This document shows, one piece after another, positions 4,431 through 5,437 of a DNA stretch of 5,437 nt. Under the pieces are notes generated by a model. The model was not told the origin of the DNA and searched no databases. It was given only the letters and a program-made list of their open reading frames with translations. The DNA is from a virus. Its lineage: Duplodnaviria; Heunggongvirae; Uroviricota; Caudoviricetes. The DNA is taken from positions 1-5,437 of IMG/VR virus record IMGVR_UViG_3300039367_000062; one strand, written 5' to 3'. Positions within the stretch are counted from its first letter, which is position 1. Each line of letters starts with the position of its first letter. Both the position numbers and the translations under genes were made by a program.

Positions 4431-5361
4431 ATTAACCGGCTATGTATGGGATGGTTGCGCAGCGTCAGGCATGAAATTATCCAGCGTGGCAATTATGGCC
4501 CGCCTGGCTGATTTCAGTAATGACGAAGGTGTGTGCTGGCCATCGATTGAAACCATTGCCCGCCAGATTGGCGCGGGGATGAGTACAGTCAGAACGGCTA
4601 TCGCACGGCTGGAAGCAGAAGGCTGGTTAACGCGTAAGGCGCGTCGCCAGGGTAACCGCAATGCGTCGAATGTTTATCAGCTTAACGTTGCGAAGCTTCA
4701 GGCTGCGGCATTTTCTCAACTGTCAGATTCTGACCCGTCAAAATCTGACGCATCAAAATCTGACCCGTCAAAATTTGATGCGTCGAAATCTGGCAAAAAA
4801 GCGGGTTTTCACCCGTCAGAATCTGGCGGGGATCCGTCAGTAAAATCAAAACATGATCCGTCAGATAAAAAACCTTCTCGTCCGGACGCTTCGCAACCGG
4901 ACACGCAGACGGCTGAACAGGATTTTTTAACTCGCCATCCTGATGCGGTTGTATTCAGCCCTAAAAAGCGCCAGTGGGGGACGCAGGATGATTTGACCTG
5001 CGCACAGTGGCTCTGGAAAAAAATCATCGCCCTGTACGAGCAGGCTGCCGAATGTGACGGCGAGGTGGTTCGTCCCAAAGAACCGAACTGGACAGCCTGG
5101 GCAAACGAAATTCGCCTGATGTGTGTGCAGGATGGTCGTACTCACAAACAAATCTGCGAGATGTACAGCCGCGTCAGCCGCGATCCGTTCTGGTGCCGTA
5201 ACGTGCTCAGCCCGTCGAAGCTGCGGGAAAAATGGGATGAGCTTTCCCTGCGCTTATCGCCGTCCGTAAGCACGTACACCGAAAAACGCGAAGACCCGTA
5301 CTTCAAAGCCAGTTACGACAACGTGGACTACAGCCAGATCCCGGCAGGATTCAGGGGGTAA
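4420..5361 (+). CDS. Replication initiator (lambda O-like): N-terminal HTH DNA-binding domain, repeat linker containing the origin iterons, C-terminal domain
   Basis: 313-aa ORF with GAGG 6 nt upstream. The N-terminal [13 protein letters not shown]...MSTVRTAIARLEAEGWLTRKARRQGNRNASNVYQLNV is an HTH of the type found in phage replication initiators. An internal 15-bp tandem repeat array encodes SK[SF]D[PA] repeats. It sits in the O position after the cro/cII-like genes. Confidence 0.85.
   Translation: MSTKLTGYVWDGCAASGMKLSSVAIMARLADFSNDEGVCWPSIETIARQIGAGMSTVRTAIARLEAEGWLTRKARRQGNRNASNVYQLNVAKLQAAAFSQLSDSDPSKSDASKSDPSKFDASKSGKKAGFHPSESGGDPSVKSKHDPSDKKPSRPDASQPDTQTAEQDFLTRHPDAVVFSPKKRQWGTQDDLTCAQWLWKKIIALYEQAAECDGEVVRPKEPNWTAWANEIRLMCVQDGRTHKQICEMYSRVSRDPFWCRNVLSPSKLREKWDELSLRLSPSVSTYTEKREDPYFKASYDNVDYSQIPAGFRG
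4722..4796. repeat. Iteron array (candidate phage replication origin) inside the initiator gene
   Basis: Five tandem 15-bp units: GTCAGATTCTGACCC, GTCAAAATCTGACGC, ATCAAAATCTGACCC, GTCAAAATTTGATGC, GTCGAAATCTGGCAA. Each has a GTCA...TGAC internal dyad. Degenerate copies (CCGTCAGAATCTGG, CCGTCAGTAAAATC, CCGTCAGATAAAAAA) continue to about 4875, followed by A/T-rich stretches. Confidence 0.7.
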
Positions 5362-5363
5362 TC

Positions 5364-5437
5364 ATGAGTCTTTTGAATGAAGTTCAGAAATTCATTGAAG
5401 CCCATCCGGGGTGTACTTCCGGAGACATTGCGGATGC
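5364..5437 (+). CDS. Start of the next gene (hypothetical; position suggests the second replication-module gene), truncated by the window end
   Basis: ATG at 5364 with AGGGGG 5 nt upstream, 2 nt after the initiator stop; translation MSLLNEVQKFIEAHPGCTSGDIAD... runs off the window. Confidence 0.5.
   Translation, partial: MSLLNEVQKFIEAHPGCTSGDIAD

Noticed and set aside
4722-4875. CRISPR array, considered because of the short tandem repeats
   Set aside because: The 15-bp units are directly tandem with no spacers and lie inside a coding sequence; this is the iteron pattern of a replication origin.
3663-5151. Alternative-frame and antisense ORFs inside the CII/YdaT-like and O-like genes (3663..3893, 3903..4178, 4155..4427 minus, 4440..4661 minus, 4661..4843, 4809..5078 minus, 4927..5151 minus)
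   Set aside because: All are embedded in better-supported genes on the same or opposite strand and lack start context; 4661..4843 is simply the iteron repeats read in another frame.

Overview
This window reads as the immunity and early region of a lambdoid (Rac/CPS-53-like) enterobacterial prophage; all calls rest on manual reading, and no database search or folding was possible. Left to right: the 5' part of an HD-domain hydrolase gene (YfdR-like, minus strand), an RdgC-family recombination gene (minus), a GC-rich ORF-poor structured island of about 350 bp, and an AT-rich rightward gene for a coiled-coil plus zinc-ribbon protein of about 171 aa. That rightward gene is flanked by roughly 24-bp inverted repeats and has its own terminator. 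Next come a leftward pL-like promoter, a CI-type S24 autocleaving repressor (minus), a divergent operator/promoter region, a Cro-like gene, a CII/YdaT-like regulator, a short region with two overlapping reading frames, an O-like replication initiator containing a 15-bp iteron array, and the start of a further gene. The main candidate for something undescribed is the 1358..2360 cassette (structured island plus coiled-coil/zinc-ribbon gene), which sits antisense inside the early-left operon next to the repressor, the position classically held by rexAB/sieB-type lysogen-expressed exclusion genes. Its function is not established by the sequence.
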